64,000 bases of DNA, taken from NCBI GenBank assembly GCA_963719225.1, contig CAVRAY010000001.1, positions 2,304,001 to 2,368,000 on the forward strand, given 5' to 3'. The notes beneath the pieces are model-generated. The model ran no database searches. It saw only the letters and a list, made by a program, of their open reading frames with translations, and was not told the origin of the DNA. Below are positions 11,432 through 20,951 of the stretch, piece by piece (within the stretch, counting starts at the first letter, position 1; every line of letters begins with the position of its first letter). The DNA is from Thermoanaerobaculia bacterium. Its GTDB lineage: Bacteria > Acidobacteriota > Thermoanaerobaculia > UBA5066. A program made the translations under genes and the position numbers.

Positions 11432-13086
11432 TTCGCGTCGTCCTTCAGCCCCAGCATCTCCCACCGCTGGAGGGAGAGCGGGACGTTCCCATTCTTGTAG
11501 ACGAAGTCGTGGAACGCGCGCAGCCGGAACGAGTCGCCCTGCGCCTTCTTCGCTTCGGCGAGGAGCCGCAAAACCTGGAGCTTCCCGATCTGGTACGTGA
11601 TCGCCTGTCCGGGCGACGACGCGAACGCCGCCGCCTCGGCTCGCGCGGTTTCGGCATCCATCGGGACTGCGGTCCTGAGGTACTCGGCCGCTTGTGGGAT
11701 CGTGAACGTCCCGAGCGCGAGCCTGACGTCCACCTCGACGCGCAGAGCCCTCAGGCGCATGTAGTTCGCGACCATCTCGCGTGTCTTCGGCGCGTCCGCG
11801 TAGAGGCCGGTCGAGAGGAGCAGCTCCTCGGAGTAGAACGCGAGGCCCTCGATCGGGCCGGAGTCGTAGAACGCTCGGCGGATCTCGTCCTCGTGCCGCG
11901 ACGCGAGCGCGAGCTGGAACGCGTGCCCCGGGATCCCCTCGTGCGACATGTGCGGACGCCGGTCCTTCGCCATCGAACCCGCGAAGTAGCCGAGCTTCGC
12001 GGACGGCTTCGGGATCCAGCGGATCGAGGGCTCGCCCGGCCGCGCCGTGTTCGCGAAAAGAGTCCACTCGCCGAAGCCGTCCAGCGCCTCGAGGTACGGC
12101 GGCACGGGCAGGTCGACGTAGCGCGGAAGGTCTGCGGGCACGCTCGCGATCCCCTTCTCCTCGAGGAACCGCCGGATCTCGGCCTCGGCGCGTGCCGTCA
12201 TCGCCGACTGGGCGGCCTGGTTCGGGACCATCGCGAGCTCGGGCGCGCCCGTGTTGCGCTGGCGCTCGTAGACCTCGAGCGCAACGGAGCGGTCGTACTC
12301 CTGCCGGCCCATGAGGAGCAGCTCCTCCGGCGTGAACGGTACGAGAGCGACCTCGCGGAGGAAGAAGAGATAGCCGTCGCGGCCGACCGGCTTCCGGTCC
12401 GACAGCAGCGGCAGACGGGCCTCGAGCCAGACCCTGAAGGACTCCAGCGCCGCGATCGCGCTTTCCGTTGCCGGGCCGACGCGCGCGCGCGCGTCCGGAG
12501 CGAGAAATGGGGAGAGCGCCGCCATGGACGCCTTCAGCTTCAAGCCGATCCTCTGCAGATCCTCGATCGCGAGCTTCGTGAACGGCGCGGCGGCTTCGTG
12601 GAGCATGGCTTGCGCCTGATCCAGCGTGCGCGGGATCGACTCCAGCCGCACCGCGAGGTCCGTGCTGCGCGCCTCGTCGAAGGGTGGCGGCGACAGCATC
12701 GCGTCCACGAGAACCGGCAGCGTCTGGTCCACCCAGAACGTCGGGTCGCGCCGCCACGAGCGCTTGACGTCCAGCTCCCAGCGCACGCGCGCGAGAGCCG
12801 AGCCGATCAGGCGCCGATCCACTTGCCACGGGACCGGACGCGACGGATCGGCGAGCGCCTTCAGGCGTTCCTCGAAGAGGACGAGCGTCCGGCGCCGGGT
12901 CTCGATGGAGTCCGCCGACCAGTCGGGCGCCCAGCCGTGCGGCCGGACGACTCGCGCCACGTCGTCGCGGTCCATCGGCTTCGTGACCGCGCGCCAGGAC
13001 CAGAAGTCGCGGGAAAGCGTCAGGAGGTCGTCGGCCGCGGCCGGGCACGCGAAGGACAGCACGAGTGCGATCGCGACGGATCTCAT
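11428..13086 (-). CDS. secreted DUF885-family protein (putative zinc metallopeptidase-like)
   Basis: ATG at 13086 with signal peptide MRSVAIALVLSFACPAAA. HEGIPGH, EGLAFYSEE and PGQAITYQIGK are motifs typical of DUF885. Confidence 0.8.
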   Translation of the reverse strand: MRSVAIALVLSFACPAAADDLLTLSRDFWSWRAVTKPMDRDDVARVVRPHGWAPDWSADSIETRRRTLVLFEERLKALADPSRPVPWQVDRRLIGSALARVRWELDVKRSWRRDPTFWVDQTLPVLVDAMLSPPPFDEARSTDLAVRLESIPRTLDQAQAMLHEAAAPFTKLAIEDLQRIGLKLKASMAALSPFLAPDARARVGPATESAIAALESFRVWLEARLPLLSDRKPVGRDGYLFFLREVALVPFTPEELLLMGRQEYDRSVALEVYERQRNTGAPELAMVPNQAAQSAMTARAEAEIRRFLEEKGIASVPADLPRYVDLPVPPYLEALDGFGEWTLFANTARPGEPSIRWIPKPSAKLGYFAGSMAKDRRPHMSHEGIPGHAFQLALASRHEDEIRRAFYDSGPIEGLAFYSEELLLSTGLYADAPKTREMVANYMRLRALRVEVDVRLALGTFTIPQAAEYLRTAVPMDAETARAEAAAFASSPGQAITYQIGKLQVLRLLAEAKKAQGDSFRLRAFHDFVYKNGNVPLSLQRWEMLGLKDDAK

Positions 13087-15893
13087 TTCGTCTTCACCGT
13101 CACGGCCCAGTTCTGGACGAGGGTCAGCGGCGTCGAGGCCTTCTCGGTGACGACCGCGTTCACGATGAACTTCTGCCCGTCCGGGAACGGGTCGTACTGG
13201 GGGATGTTCGTCCGCCGACTCTGCAGCGTGAACAGCTCGTGCGGCGTGCCTTTCTCGAACGCCGCTCCGGTCTTCACACTCACCGAGGTGAGGCGGAATC
13301 CTTCCGCGAGGTAGAAGAGCTCGCGTCCGTCGCGGCTCCACCTCGGCTGGGAGCCTCCTCCCGCGGAGATTTGCCATTTCCCCCCGGCGCCGCTCGACGG
13401 CCGGACGTAGACCTCCTGCCTCCCGGTCTCGTTGGACATGTACGCGACCCAGAGACCGTCTCGGGAGAAGGCCGCGTCGCGTTCCGAAGCCGGCGTGCGC
13501 AGGAACTCGCGAGCCTTGCCGTCGGCGGCGGAGAGCAGCCAGATGTCGTCCGCCATCTCCGCCGTCGAGCCGTTGTAGACGATGAACCGTCCGTCGGGAG
13601 TCCAGTCCGTCAGAAACTTGGATCCGGGGGAAAGGAAGGCGTCCGCCGGCGAGGAGACGGGCGCCGAACCTGTCGGCGCCGCCCGGGCGACGATCCGCTC
13701 CTCGTCGCCGCCCACGAGGGTCTTCTCGAAGATGAACCACAGGCCCTTCCGGAAGGAGCCGAACGCAAAGCGCCTCCCGTCCGGAGAGAAAACGGGCGTG
13801 TAGTCGTCACCGGGATCGAACGTCCGTCGTACTGGTTGCTCCGCACCGACCGCGTCGAACGTCCAGATGTCGCGATTGCTGCTCACGGGGTCGATCAATT
13901 CCGTGACGACGAGCCTTCCATCCGGCGACACGCGCGGAGTCCAGTAGTTCCCGACGTCTCCCAGCGTGCGAAGGACCTTTCCGGCGCGGTCGTAAACCGC
14001 AAGTCGGGAGTTTCCGATCGTCCCCCCCGCGGCGTAGGCGAGGAGGCCTCCCGCGGAGGCGGTGAAGATGCCGGTTCCGCCGTCCGCGAGGTACTGGACG
14101 CGCGGCACCAGGACGATCGGATCGCCGGTCGTCTCGAGCCGGCCGGCGTCGAACGCCTGCGCCATGAGACTCCCGTTCCACGAATAGAGGAGGTGGCCGG
14201 GGACGTAGATCGCGCGGGTCGCGGCCCTGACGAGCAACTTCCTTTCCTTGTGGCCGACGGCCTGGACATAGAGCTCGCTCTCGTTCCGCCGCGTCTCCCG
14301 GTCGACGCGCTGGACGATGTAGAGAAAATGCACCCCGTCCGGAAGAAACTGCGGCCACTGGTGGGAGCTCTCTCCACGCGTCTCGTCCACCGTCGTGACC
14401 TGCACGCGCTCTTTTCGTCCCGGCATGATTCTGAAGATCGCGTTGAGCAGCGCCGGCGAATAAAGGATCGTGCCGTCCGGGCCCCACGCGGCTCCGCGGC
14501 CGGGACCGCTCGCCGCGATGAACTCGACCGCGCCGCCCGAAGAGGGAATGGCCGCGAGGCCCGTCGCCTGGCCCATGAAGCCGATCATCCGGCCGTCCGA
14601 TGACCAGAACACGTTCCGCACGGCCTCCGTGCCGGGAAGCAGAAGCGACTCGCCGGACGCGAGGGACCTCACGCAAAGCTGGTTCTTCTTTCCGTCCGTG
14701 ACGAGGAACGCGAGCCGCGAGCCGTCCGGCGAGAGGACGGGGGGACCGCCGAGAAGGTCGAATGTCCAGCCTTCCGGCGGCAGGAGCGACGCCGTCAGGC
14801 TCGACGCCGCCGGCGACTGCGGGGCGCGAGCGCGCAGCGCGAGCGCCCCCGCCGCGGCCGCGCACGCGGCCGCAATCGCCCAGGGCAGAAAGATAGAGAG
14901 AGAGGTTTTGCTCCTCCTCTCACGACTCGCTCGTTCCGCGCTTGCTACAGTGGGGCTGGGCACGGCTGCATTTGCTTCGAAGGGTAATTGGCCGGATATG
15001 CCAGCCGTCGCGGCCGTCTCCTCCTCGAGGGCGATGCGCGCGTCCCCGATGTCCCGCAGGCGCTGCTTGGCGTCGCGCTGAAGGCACCTGCGCAGCAGCT
15101 CTTTCACCTTCGAGGAAATCGGCGCGCGAAGCGCGCTCCAGTCCGGCTCTTTCATGAGGATCGCCGCCAGCGTGTCGCTCACGGTCTCCCCTTCGAAGGC
15201 CCTCTTCCCGGTCAGCATCTCGAAGAACACACACCCGAACGCCCAGACGTCCGTCCGCTTGTCGACGGGCTTTCCGCGCGCCTGCTCGGGACTCATGTAC
15301 GCCGCCGTCCCCAGGATCACCCCCGCCGCCGTCGCCCGCGCCGTGAGTGTCGGCGAGTGCGTCACGCCCGCGGAGGACGCGGAGGTTCCGTCCCCTTCGA
15401 AGATCTTCGCGAGACCGAAGTCCAGGAGCTTCACGCGCCCTTCGGGTGTGACCTTCACGTTCGCGGGTTTCAGGTCCCGGTGCACGATTCCCTTCTCGTG
15501 CGCGGCCTCCAGCGCCTCGGCGATCTGCTTCGCAAGAGAAAGCGATTCTTCGAGTGGAAGAGGGCCCGACGCGAGGCGCACCGCGAGATCTTCCCCCTCG
15601 ACCAGCTCCATGACGAGGAGATGGCGGGACGATGAAGAAGAGGAAGAGGGGATTTCTTCGAATGAGTAGATCGACGCGATCCCCGGATGATTCAGGCTCG
15701 CCAGGGCGCGCGCTTCCCTTTCGAAACGCGTCCTTCTCTCTTCACCTTCAAAGAATTCTTCCGGCAAGACCTTGACCGCGACATCACGATTGAGGCGAGG
15801 GTCCTTCGCCCGATAGACCTCTCCCATTCCCCCAGCACCGAGAGGCGCAAGAATTTCGTACGGTCCGAGTCGGACGCCAGAAGCAATCGTCAC
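13083..15893 (-). CDS. Ser/Thr kinase-TM-beta-propeller receptor (first gene of the array)
   Basis: 936-aa ORF. HRDLKPAN, DFG, YMSPE, TM LPWAIAAACAAAAGALAL, SPDG repeats. A TAGAAT -10-like box lies ~12 nt upstream. Confidence 0.92.
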   Translation of the reverse strand: MTIASGVRLGPYEILAPLGAGGMGEVYRAKDPRLNRDVAVKVLPEEFFEGEERRTRFEREARALASLNHPGIASIYSFEEIPSSSSSSSRHLLVMELVEGEDLAVRLASGPLPLEESLSLAKQIAEALEAAHEKGIVHRDLKPANVKVTPEGRVKLLDFGLAKIFEGDGTSASSAGVTHSPTLTARATAAGVILGTAAYMSPEQARGKPVDKRTDVWAFGCVFFEMLTGKRAFEGETVSDTLAAILMKEPDWSALRAPISSKVKELLRRCLQRDAKQRLRDIGDARIALEEETAATAGISGQLPFEANAAVPSPTVASAERASRERRSKTSLSIFLPWAIAAACAAAAGALALRARAPQSPAASSLTASLLPPEGWTFDLLGGPPVLSPDGSRLAFLVTDGKKNQLCVRSLASGESLLLPGTEAVRNVFWSSDGRMIGFMGQATGLAAIPSSGGAVEFIAASGPGRGAAWGPDGTILYSPALLNAIFRIMPGRKERVQVTTVDETRGESSHQWPQFLPDGVHFLYIVQRVDRETRRNESELYVQAVGHKERKLLVRAATRAIYVPGHLLYSWNGSLMAQAFDAGRLETTGDPIVLVPRVQYLADGGTGIFTASAGGLLAYAAGGTIGNSRLAVYDRAGKVLRTLGDVGNYWTPRVSPDGRLVVTELIDPVSSNRDIWTFDAVGAEQPVRRTFDPGDDYTPVFSPDGRRFAFGSFRKGLWFIFEKTLVGGDEERIVARAAPTGSAPVSSPADAFLSPGSKFLTDWTPDGRFIVYNGSTAEMADDIWLLSAADGKAREFLRTPASERDAAFSRDGLWVAYMSNETGRQEVYVRPSSGAGGKWQISAGGGSQPRWSRDGRELFYLAEGFRLTSVSVKTGAAFEKGTPHELFTLQSRRTNIPQYDPFPDGQKFIVNAVVTEKASTPLTLVQNWAVTVKTK

Positions 15894-15928
15894 GTGTTTG
15901 ACCGGATTCTAGCCGCGAATGTGAAGGA

Positions 15929-15944
15929 GGGTATGCGCTTTGCA
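15929..15944 (+). promoter_or_regulatory. sigma54 -24/-12 promoter candidate
   Basis: GGGTATGCGCTTTGCA (GG-N10-GC), 26 nt upstream of ATG 15971. Confidence 0.6.
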
Positions 15945-15970
15945 CGAATTTCCGCGCGATGGAGGACTAT

Positions 15971-16909
15971 ATGGAAGAAATGACAAGGACGACGAGAAGG
16001 TCGAGCGGAATTCGCACGATGGTGGTCGCGAGCGCGGTCGGCGTGATGCTCGCAACCGGGGGCTGCGCGTACAAGGAGCGCGACCAGCTCCGCGCCGAAA
16101 AGGTGCAGCTCACAGCCGAGAAGCAAAAGCTCTCGGATCAGCTGCAATCGATCCAGTCCCAATCGGCCGACGCGAACGCGACGCTGGACGAGGTGCAGAA
16201 GAGCCTGGAAGAAATCCGCGCCAAGGAGCTGAAGGTCATCCAGTCCTCGATCCGGGTGGCCCAGGAAGGACAGGGAAAAACTGCCGGACGTGAGCGGCTC
16301 GAGGCCGAGCTCCAGATGATCCGGGACGCCGTCCACAAAAACCTGGCGAAGCTCGCGCGCCTCGAAAAGGCGAACAAGGCGAGCGGCATCCGTGTCGCAT
16401 CGCTCGAGAAGCTCGGCGAGGAGCTCAAGAAGTCGCTCGAGGAGAAGGCGGCGACGGTCGCCGAGCTCGAGAGAAGGGTCGGGGACCTCTCCAAGACGGT
16501 CCAGACGCAGGCGACGAGCATCGCGGAGAAGGAAGAGACAATTCACAAGGGAGAGACCGAAGTCGCACAGAAGACCAAGGAGCTCAACACCGCGTACGTG
16601 GCGGTCGCCTCCAAGAACGTCCTGCAGAAGAAGGGTGTCGTCGAGAAGAGGGGCTCCATCGCCGGTCTCGGCGGCCGGTGGATCGAGACCGGCAAGTTCG
16701 ATCCCGAGGTCTTCCGCGAGATCGACGTCACGAAGGAGATGGAGGTCGCGATCCCCGCGCCCGCTTCGAAGGTGCAGGTCGTGACCGCGCAGCCGAAAGA
16801 GAGCTACGAGATCGTGGACGGCGGCCCGACCGGCTCGAGGCTCGCCGTGAAGGATCCCTCCGCGTTCTGGAAAGGCGACCGGTATCTCGTCGTGATGATT
16901 CCCAACTGA
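15971..16909 (+). CDS. coiled-coil lipoprotein (resembles the Cbp1-type family)
   Basis: GGAGG RBS then ATG 15971. Hydrophobic signal ending LATGGC, a long coiled coil, and a C-terminal beta domain ending DPSAFWKGDRYLVVMI. Confidence 0.7.
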   Translation: MEEMTRTTRRSSGIRTMVVASAVGVMLATGGCAYKERDQLRAEKVQLTAEKQKLSDQLQSIQSQSADANATLDEVQKSLEEIRAKELKVIQSSIRVAQEGQGKTAGRERLEAELQMIRDAVHKNLAKLARLEKANKASGIRVASLEKLGEELKKSLEEKAATVAELERRVGDLSKTVQTQATSIAEKEETIHKGETEVAQKTKELNTAYVAVASKNVLQKKGVVEKRGSIAGLGGRWIETGKFDPEVFREIDVTKEMEVAIPAPASKVQVVTAQPKESYEIVDGGPTGSRLAVKDPSAFWKGDRYLVVMIPN

Positions 16910-16932
16910 GCTCTGGTCATCCGACGGAATCG

Positions 16933-18236
16933 CTAGAGCTCAGACCGGATGGGGGTCACGAGCCACTCCGTCACTCTCTTCTTCAGCGGGCGTGACCCCC
17001 ACATCGCGTGCGTGTACGGACGGCATCGCGACAGGTCCCGGAGATAGCTCTCTTTCATCTGCGAGGAGAAGGCGGCGTCGTAGACGAACAGGTTGATCTC
17101 CTCGTTCAGGTGGAAGGACCGGTCGTCGAAGTTCGCCGACCCCACCGTGGAGAAGACCCCGTCCACGACCATCGCCTTCACGTGAAACATCGTCGGCTGG
17201 TATTCGAAGATCTTCACGCCCCCCGCGAGGAGCGGTCCGAAGGCCGAACGTCCTGCCGCTTTGGTCGCGGGCACGTCGTTCTGCTCGTCCGACGGAACGA
17301 TCACCCGTACGTCGACCCCCCTCTTCACGGCGGCGACCAGGAGGCCGGCCGTCGCCTCGTCGGGAAGGAAGTACGAGTTCGCGATCCAGATCTCCTTCGC
17401 GGCGGCTGCCAGCGAGATCGCGTAGACGCGGCCCGCTCCCGACATCGCCGCGAGCGGTGACGACGGCACGACGGCGACGGAGCTCGTGCCGGCCTGCAGG
17501 AGAGGGGAAAAAATTCCTCGCCGACGAGCGGCTCGCCCGTCACCTCCGACCAGTTCTCCTGGAACGCCCGCTGGAGGCCGCGGACGGCAGGTCCTTCAAC
17601 CCGCAACTGTGTATCGCGCCAGTGCTCCTTGGAATCGGCGTTGCCCCGCCAGGGATCGGCGAAGCCCACCCCGCCGGTGAAGCCGAGCGCGCCGTCCACC
17701 ACGAGAATGCGCCGGTGGTTGCGATGGTTGAACACCCAGAGCATCCAGGGCTTCATCGAGTGGAAGAACTCCACGTGGCAGCCGGCCCGGCGCAGGACCT
17801 CGACGTCGCCCGCCTTCATGCGTCTGCCCGAGGATCCGACCGCGTCGAGGAGGACGCGGACCTGGACGCCGTGCGCGGCCCGTTCCGCGAGCGCGTCGCG
17901 AAAGCGCATGCCGACCTCGTCCGACCAGAAGATGTACGCCTCGAAGTTCACGGTCTTCCGGGCGGACGAGATGGCGGCGAGCATCGCGGGGAAGATCGCG
18001 TCGCCGTTCTCGAGAAGCTCGAGCTTGTTGCCGGACGTCATCGACGCGCCGGGCAGCGCCGACGGGAGAAACGTCGTCTCTTTCAAGGTGAAGTCGTGGG
18101 GCAGCTCGTAGACGGTCCGTTTCGGAGCGCCGGACTTCGCAATCGTGACGGCGAGAGCGTAGCCGGCAGCGACCGAAACGAGGATGATCGCGAAGACGGG
18201 CAGCCGCTTCGGGCGCCGGGGTGCGGAGGATTTCAC
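16933..18236 (-). CDS. cls: cardiolipin synthase (phospholipase D family); single frameshift near 17505
   Basis: N-terminal TM. HKD1 RNHRRILVVDG-FTGG lies in ORF 17325..19541 and HKD2 FHVKAMVVDG-GSANFD in ORF 16933..17469. The break falls in a GGGG/AAAAAA homopolymer. Confidence 0.85.
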
Positions 18237-18247
18237 CGATCCCAAGA

Positions 18248-19696
18248 CTATCCCTTCTCGCCGGCCTGCTTGCCTGGCGGAACCGGCCCTTCCGAGCCTC
18301 GAGGCCGATCCGTTCGCAGTCCCCCGGCTTGACCTTCCTTCGCGAACCAGCCCGCGGCGCCGACGAGATGTAACGACGTCCCGTTTTCTCCGAGCCCGAG
18401 TCCGAGGGAGAGTGCCCCCTTCCGCACGAGAAGGGCTCCCCAATGGCGGCCGCGGACCTCGCGCCAGTCCGCATCGATCGAGAATGTCCCGGCTTCCGCA
18501 CGGGCCGGCGACAGGGCGAGGAGACCCCGCGAGATGCGCAGGCGGCCCGACGCCTCGAAATCCCGCAGGTCGAGAAGGCCCGCGATCCACTTCGGCGGGG
18601 CGGAGGGCAGCAGGGCCAGGAGCGGCCGTCCGTCTCCCAACCGCGCCGAGAGATGCGCGTCGAGTGATCCGTCCTTGACCCCGAGGCGCGCCTGTCGCGC
18701 TTCGAATACGCCGCTCCACGGCGCGCCGGTCGCACCCTCGAGCGAGACGTCCTTCACTCTGACGCGCGTGCCGTCGAGCGCCACGCTCCACGCCGGAAAG
18801 TCGATCCGGCGCGCAATGACGTTCGCCCGGACCGCGCCCCGCACCGTCCTCTTTCCGAGCCTTGCGACGACCGACGTCGCTTCGGCGTCGATCCGGGCGG
18901 TCCCGCGCCCGTCCCGCAATGCGACGCGCGCGCGAACGATCCCGGCCCCGCCGGGTGCGAGACGCGGCCCGCCGCCCGCGGGCGCGAGAAACGCGAGGCC
19001 GTCGAGCGTGCCGCGGAGGGACGCCCCGCCCGACATGATCTTCCAGACCTCGTTGCCCGCGTAGACCTGCGTGTCGAACCGCGGAAGAGACGCGCGCACG
19101 CTCCCGGTGGTCTCCCGTGAAACGGTTTCTCTTCCCCAGTTCAGAGTGCCCTGCCCTACGGCCAGCTCGCTCGGGAATACCTCGGCCTCGAGGCCTGGAC
19201 GGAGGAAGAGCCCCCCGGTCACACGAGCCGCGCCCGTCCAATGCCAGGAATCGATCCAGATCTCGCGCACGAGCCCCACTCTCAGGTCGTCCACGACGAC
19301 GCTCCAGGGATTGCCGGGTGGGACGGCGGCGGCGCCCGGAGGATCGCGGAGCGGTGGCTCGGCGAATCCGGAGATGCGTGGATATCGCGCGAGTCGGGCG
19401 GGTGTCGCCTCGGAGGGCTCGAGACGCTCCCGAAGGCGAAACGAGAGGGCCTCCGCTCGAACGGAGCCCGCCCGGAAACGCCGCGTCAGAAGGCTCGAGA
19501 GGCGAACGTGAACCGACACTCCTTCGAGTCGGGCCTCCCATTCGATGTTCGAGTCCCGGCTCCGGAGGATGAGGGTGTCGAACCGAAGGCGCCCCGGCAC
19601 GAACGATCGCGCGCCGGTATGCGTGACAAAGAGCTCCGCGGGATCGGAGTTGATGAGCCCGGAGAGCCGATCCGACCGCAGAGCGAGGTTCGTCAC
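18248..19696 (-). CDS. membrane-anchored beta-rich hypothetical protein (possibly AsmA-like); true start probably further upstream
   Basis: 482-aa ORF. The frame stays open upstream through a TM segment (RRAILIVAGAAAVVFLSLVG) with no ATG/GTG/TTG. Confidence 0.55.
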   Translation of the reverse strand: MTNLALRSDRLSGLINSDPAELFVTHTGARSFVPGRLRFDTLILRSRDSNIEWEARLEGVSVHVRLSSLLTRRFRAGSVRAEALSFRLRERLEPSEATPARLARYPRISGFAEPPLRDPPGAAAVPPGNPWSVVVDDLRVGLVREIWIDSWHWTGAARVTGGLFLRPGLEAEVFPSELAVGQGTLNWGRETVSRETTGSVRASLPRFDTQVYAGNEVWKIMSGGASLRGTLDGLAFLAPAGGGPRLAPGGAGIVRARVALRDGRGTARIDAEATSVVARLGKRTVRGAVRANVIARRIDFPAWSVALDGTRVRVKDVSLEGATGAPWSGVFEARQARLGVKDGSLDAHLSARLGDGRPLLALLPSAPPKWIAGLLDLRDFEASGRLRISRGLLALSPARAEAGTFSIDADWREVRGRHWGALLVRKGALSLGLGLGENGTSLHLVGAAGWFAKEGQAGGLRTDRPRGSEGPVPPGKQAGEKG

Positions 19697-19817
19697 ACCG
19701 ACGAGGCTGAGGAAAACGACCGCCGCGGCACCGGCGACGATCAGAATCGCCCGGCGGAGGCCGACACTCCTCCTGCGACCTCGGGGCGTGATTCCGCGAA
19801 ATGCGAGCAGGAGTCTC

Positions 19818-20261
19818 TCAGCCTTCGATCTTGACCGTCACTCGGCGGGCCTTGTCGTCGCCGGTCTGCTCGGTGAGGCGCACGCGAGATCCGACGGCGA
19901 CCCCCGGGTCGACCGCGAGGGCCGTGTCCTTTGCGTCGAGGGCGACCGTGTGGGTCTTCTTCTCGCCGGTCATGACTTCAATCTTCTTACCCGGCTCGTA
20001 GATCGTAACCGTGCCGACGTACGTCTCGACCTTGCCCTTCACGGTGCCGGCGCCCGTCTCCGTCTTCGTCTCGGTCTTCGCCTCCAGCGTGTTGCCGACC
20101 TGCTTCGACTCCTGGGTCGTCTTCACCTCGCCCTGGGCGGTCTTCGTCGTCGACTCCGACTTGCGCTCGATCGCGCCCGGCTCTTTAGCGCAGGCGAAAG
20201 CCGCCACGAGCAGTGCGGCTGCCAGGGTGCTTGGAAGAAAGGTGTACCTGCGGTGTTGCAT
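19818..20261 (-). CDS. small lipoprotein, Thr/Lys-rich with an OB-fold-like C-terminus
   Basis: AGGAG RBS, MQHRRYTFLPSTLAAALLVAAFAC lipobox-like signal. Confidence 0.7.
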   Translation of the reverse strand: MQHRRYTFLPSTLAAALLVAAFACAKEPGAIERKSESTTKTAQGEVKTTQESKQVGNTLEAKTETKTETGAGTVKGKVETYVGTVTIYEPGKKIEVMTGEKKTHTVALDAKDTALAVDPGVAVGSRVRLTEQTGDDKARRVTVKIEG

Positions 20262-20288
20262 GAAGTTGATGTCTCCTGACGGGTGAAA

Positions 20289-20304
20289 AGCAGAGGTCGT
20301 GCCA
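20289..20304 (-). promoter_or_regulatory. sigma54 -24/-12 promoter
   Basis: TGGCACGACCTCTGCT, 27 nt upstream of ATG 20261. Confidence 0.8.
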
Positions 20305-20333
20305 GCAGATCCTTCAAGCGCCAAGCGTTAGTT

Positions 20334-20370
20334 CGGCACGCGTTACCGATTGCAGCGGCAAGAATGTCCG
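20334..20370. promoter_or_regulatory. 37-bp double-site inverted repeat, putative enhancer (UAS) copy A
   Basis: CGGCACGCGTTACCG-N7-CGGCAAGAATGTCCG, located between two divergent sigma54 motifs. Confidence 0.7.
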
Positions 20371-20421
20371 AGCCGTGAACCGAGAAATCGACAGGATAGC
20401 GGCGGCCCGGGCGACCGAGTC

Positions 20422-20437
20422 CGGCATGCGGTGTGCT
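20422..20437 (+). promoter_or_regulatory. sigma54 -24/-12 promoter
   Basis: CGGCATGCGGTGTGCT, 12 nt upstream of in-frame GTG 20450. Confidence 0.65.
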
Positions 20438-20449
20438 CTTCTCCACTCC

Positions 20450-20887
20450 GTGGTAGACCGACTCAACTCCCTCCTGCGTCTCGAGCTCGCGGCCGTGGCC
20501 GGATATCACAAGGCCCTCCGGGCGGTGAAGAAGAAGGCCGTCGTCGACAGCGACCATCTCCTGCAGCTCGCCTCCGATCACCAGCGAACGGTCGCCGTTC
20601 TGCAAGGCTCCGTCCAGGCCCGAGGCGGTGCACCGGTGCTCGAAGGGGACCCCTGGGAGGCCTCGGTCGCCGCCGGTTTCCCCGGCAACGGCACGTCGGC
20701 CGCCCTGGAAAGGCAGAAGTTCGTAGGCGCGCTCCTCGAGGTCGAGCGGCGTGGTCTCGCCGAGTACGAAGCCGCTCTGGGCTCGCTCGACGACGACGCC
20801 CGGGATCTCGTCGAGCTCGAGCTGATCCCGCGGCAGCAGAAACACGTCGCGGGGCTCCTCGCCATGCTGGCCCTCCTCACCGTGTGA
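20450..20887 (+). CDS. ferritin-like domain protein (DUF2383/PA2169-like)
   Basis: DRLNSLLRLELAAVAGY...DHQRTV...EVERRGLAEYEAAL...QQKHV four-helix pattern. The start was moved from 20375 to 20450 because of the promoter position. Confidence 0.65.
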   Translation: MVDRLNSLLRLELAAVAGYHKALRAVKKKAVVDSDHLLQLASDHQRTVAVLQGSVQARGGAPVLEGDPWEASVAAGFPGNGTSAALERQKFVGALLEVERRGLAEYEAALGSLDDDARDLVELELIPRQQKHVAGLLAMLALLTV

Positions 20888-20951
20888 TCCGACTTACGCC
20901 AGAGAACGAGGCGCGCACCTGGGTGAGTGTGCTAGCTTCGCTGCTCGTCGA

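Noticed and set aside
300-13048. Apparent 1288-1461 aa kinases with long N-terminal extensions in the ORF track
   Set aside because: The extensions are off-frame reads of the upstream gene. True starts are marked by ATGA/GTGA overlaps and the conserved MTL..GT.LG.YEI N-terminus.
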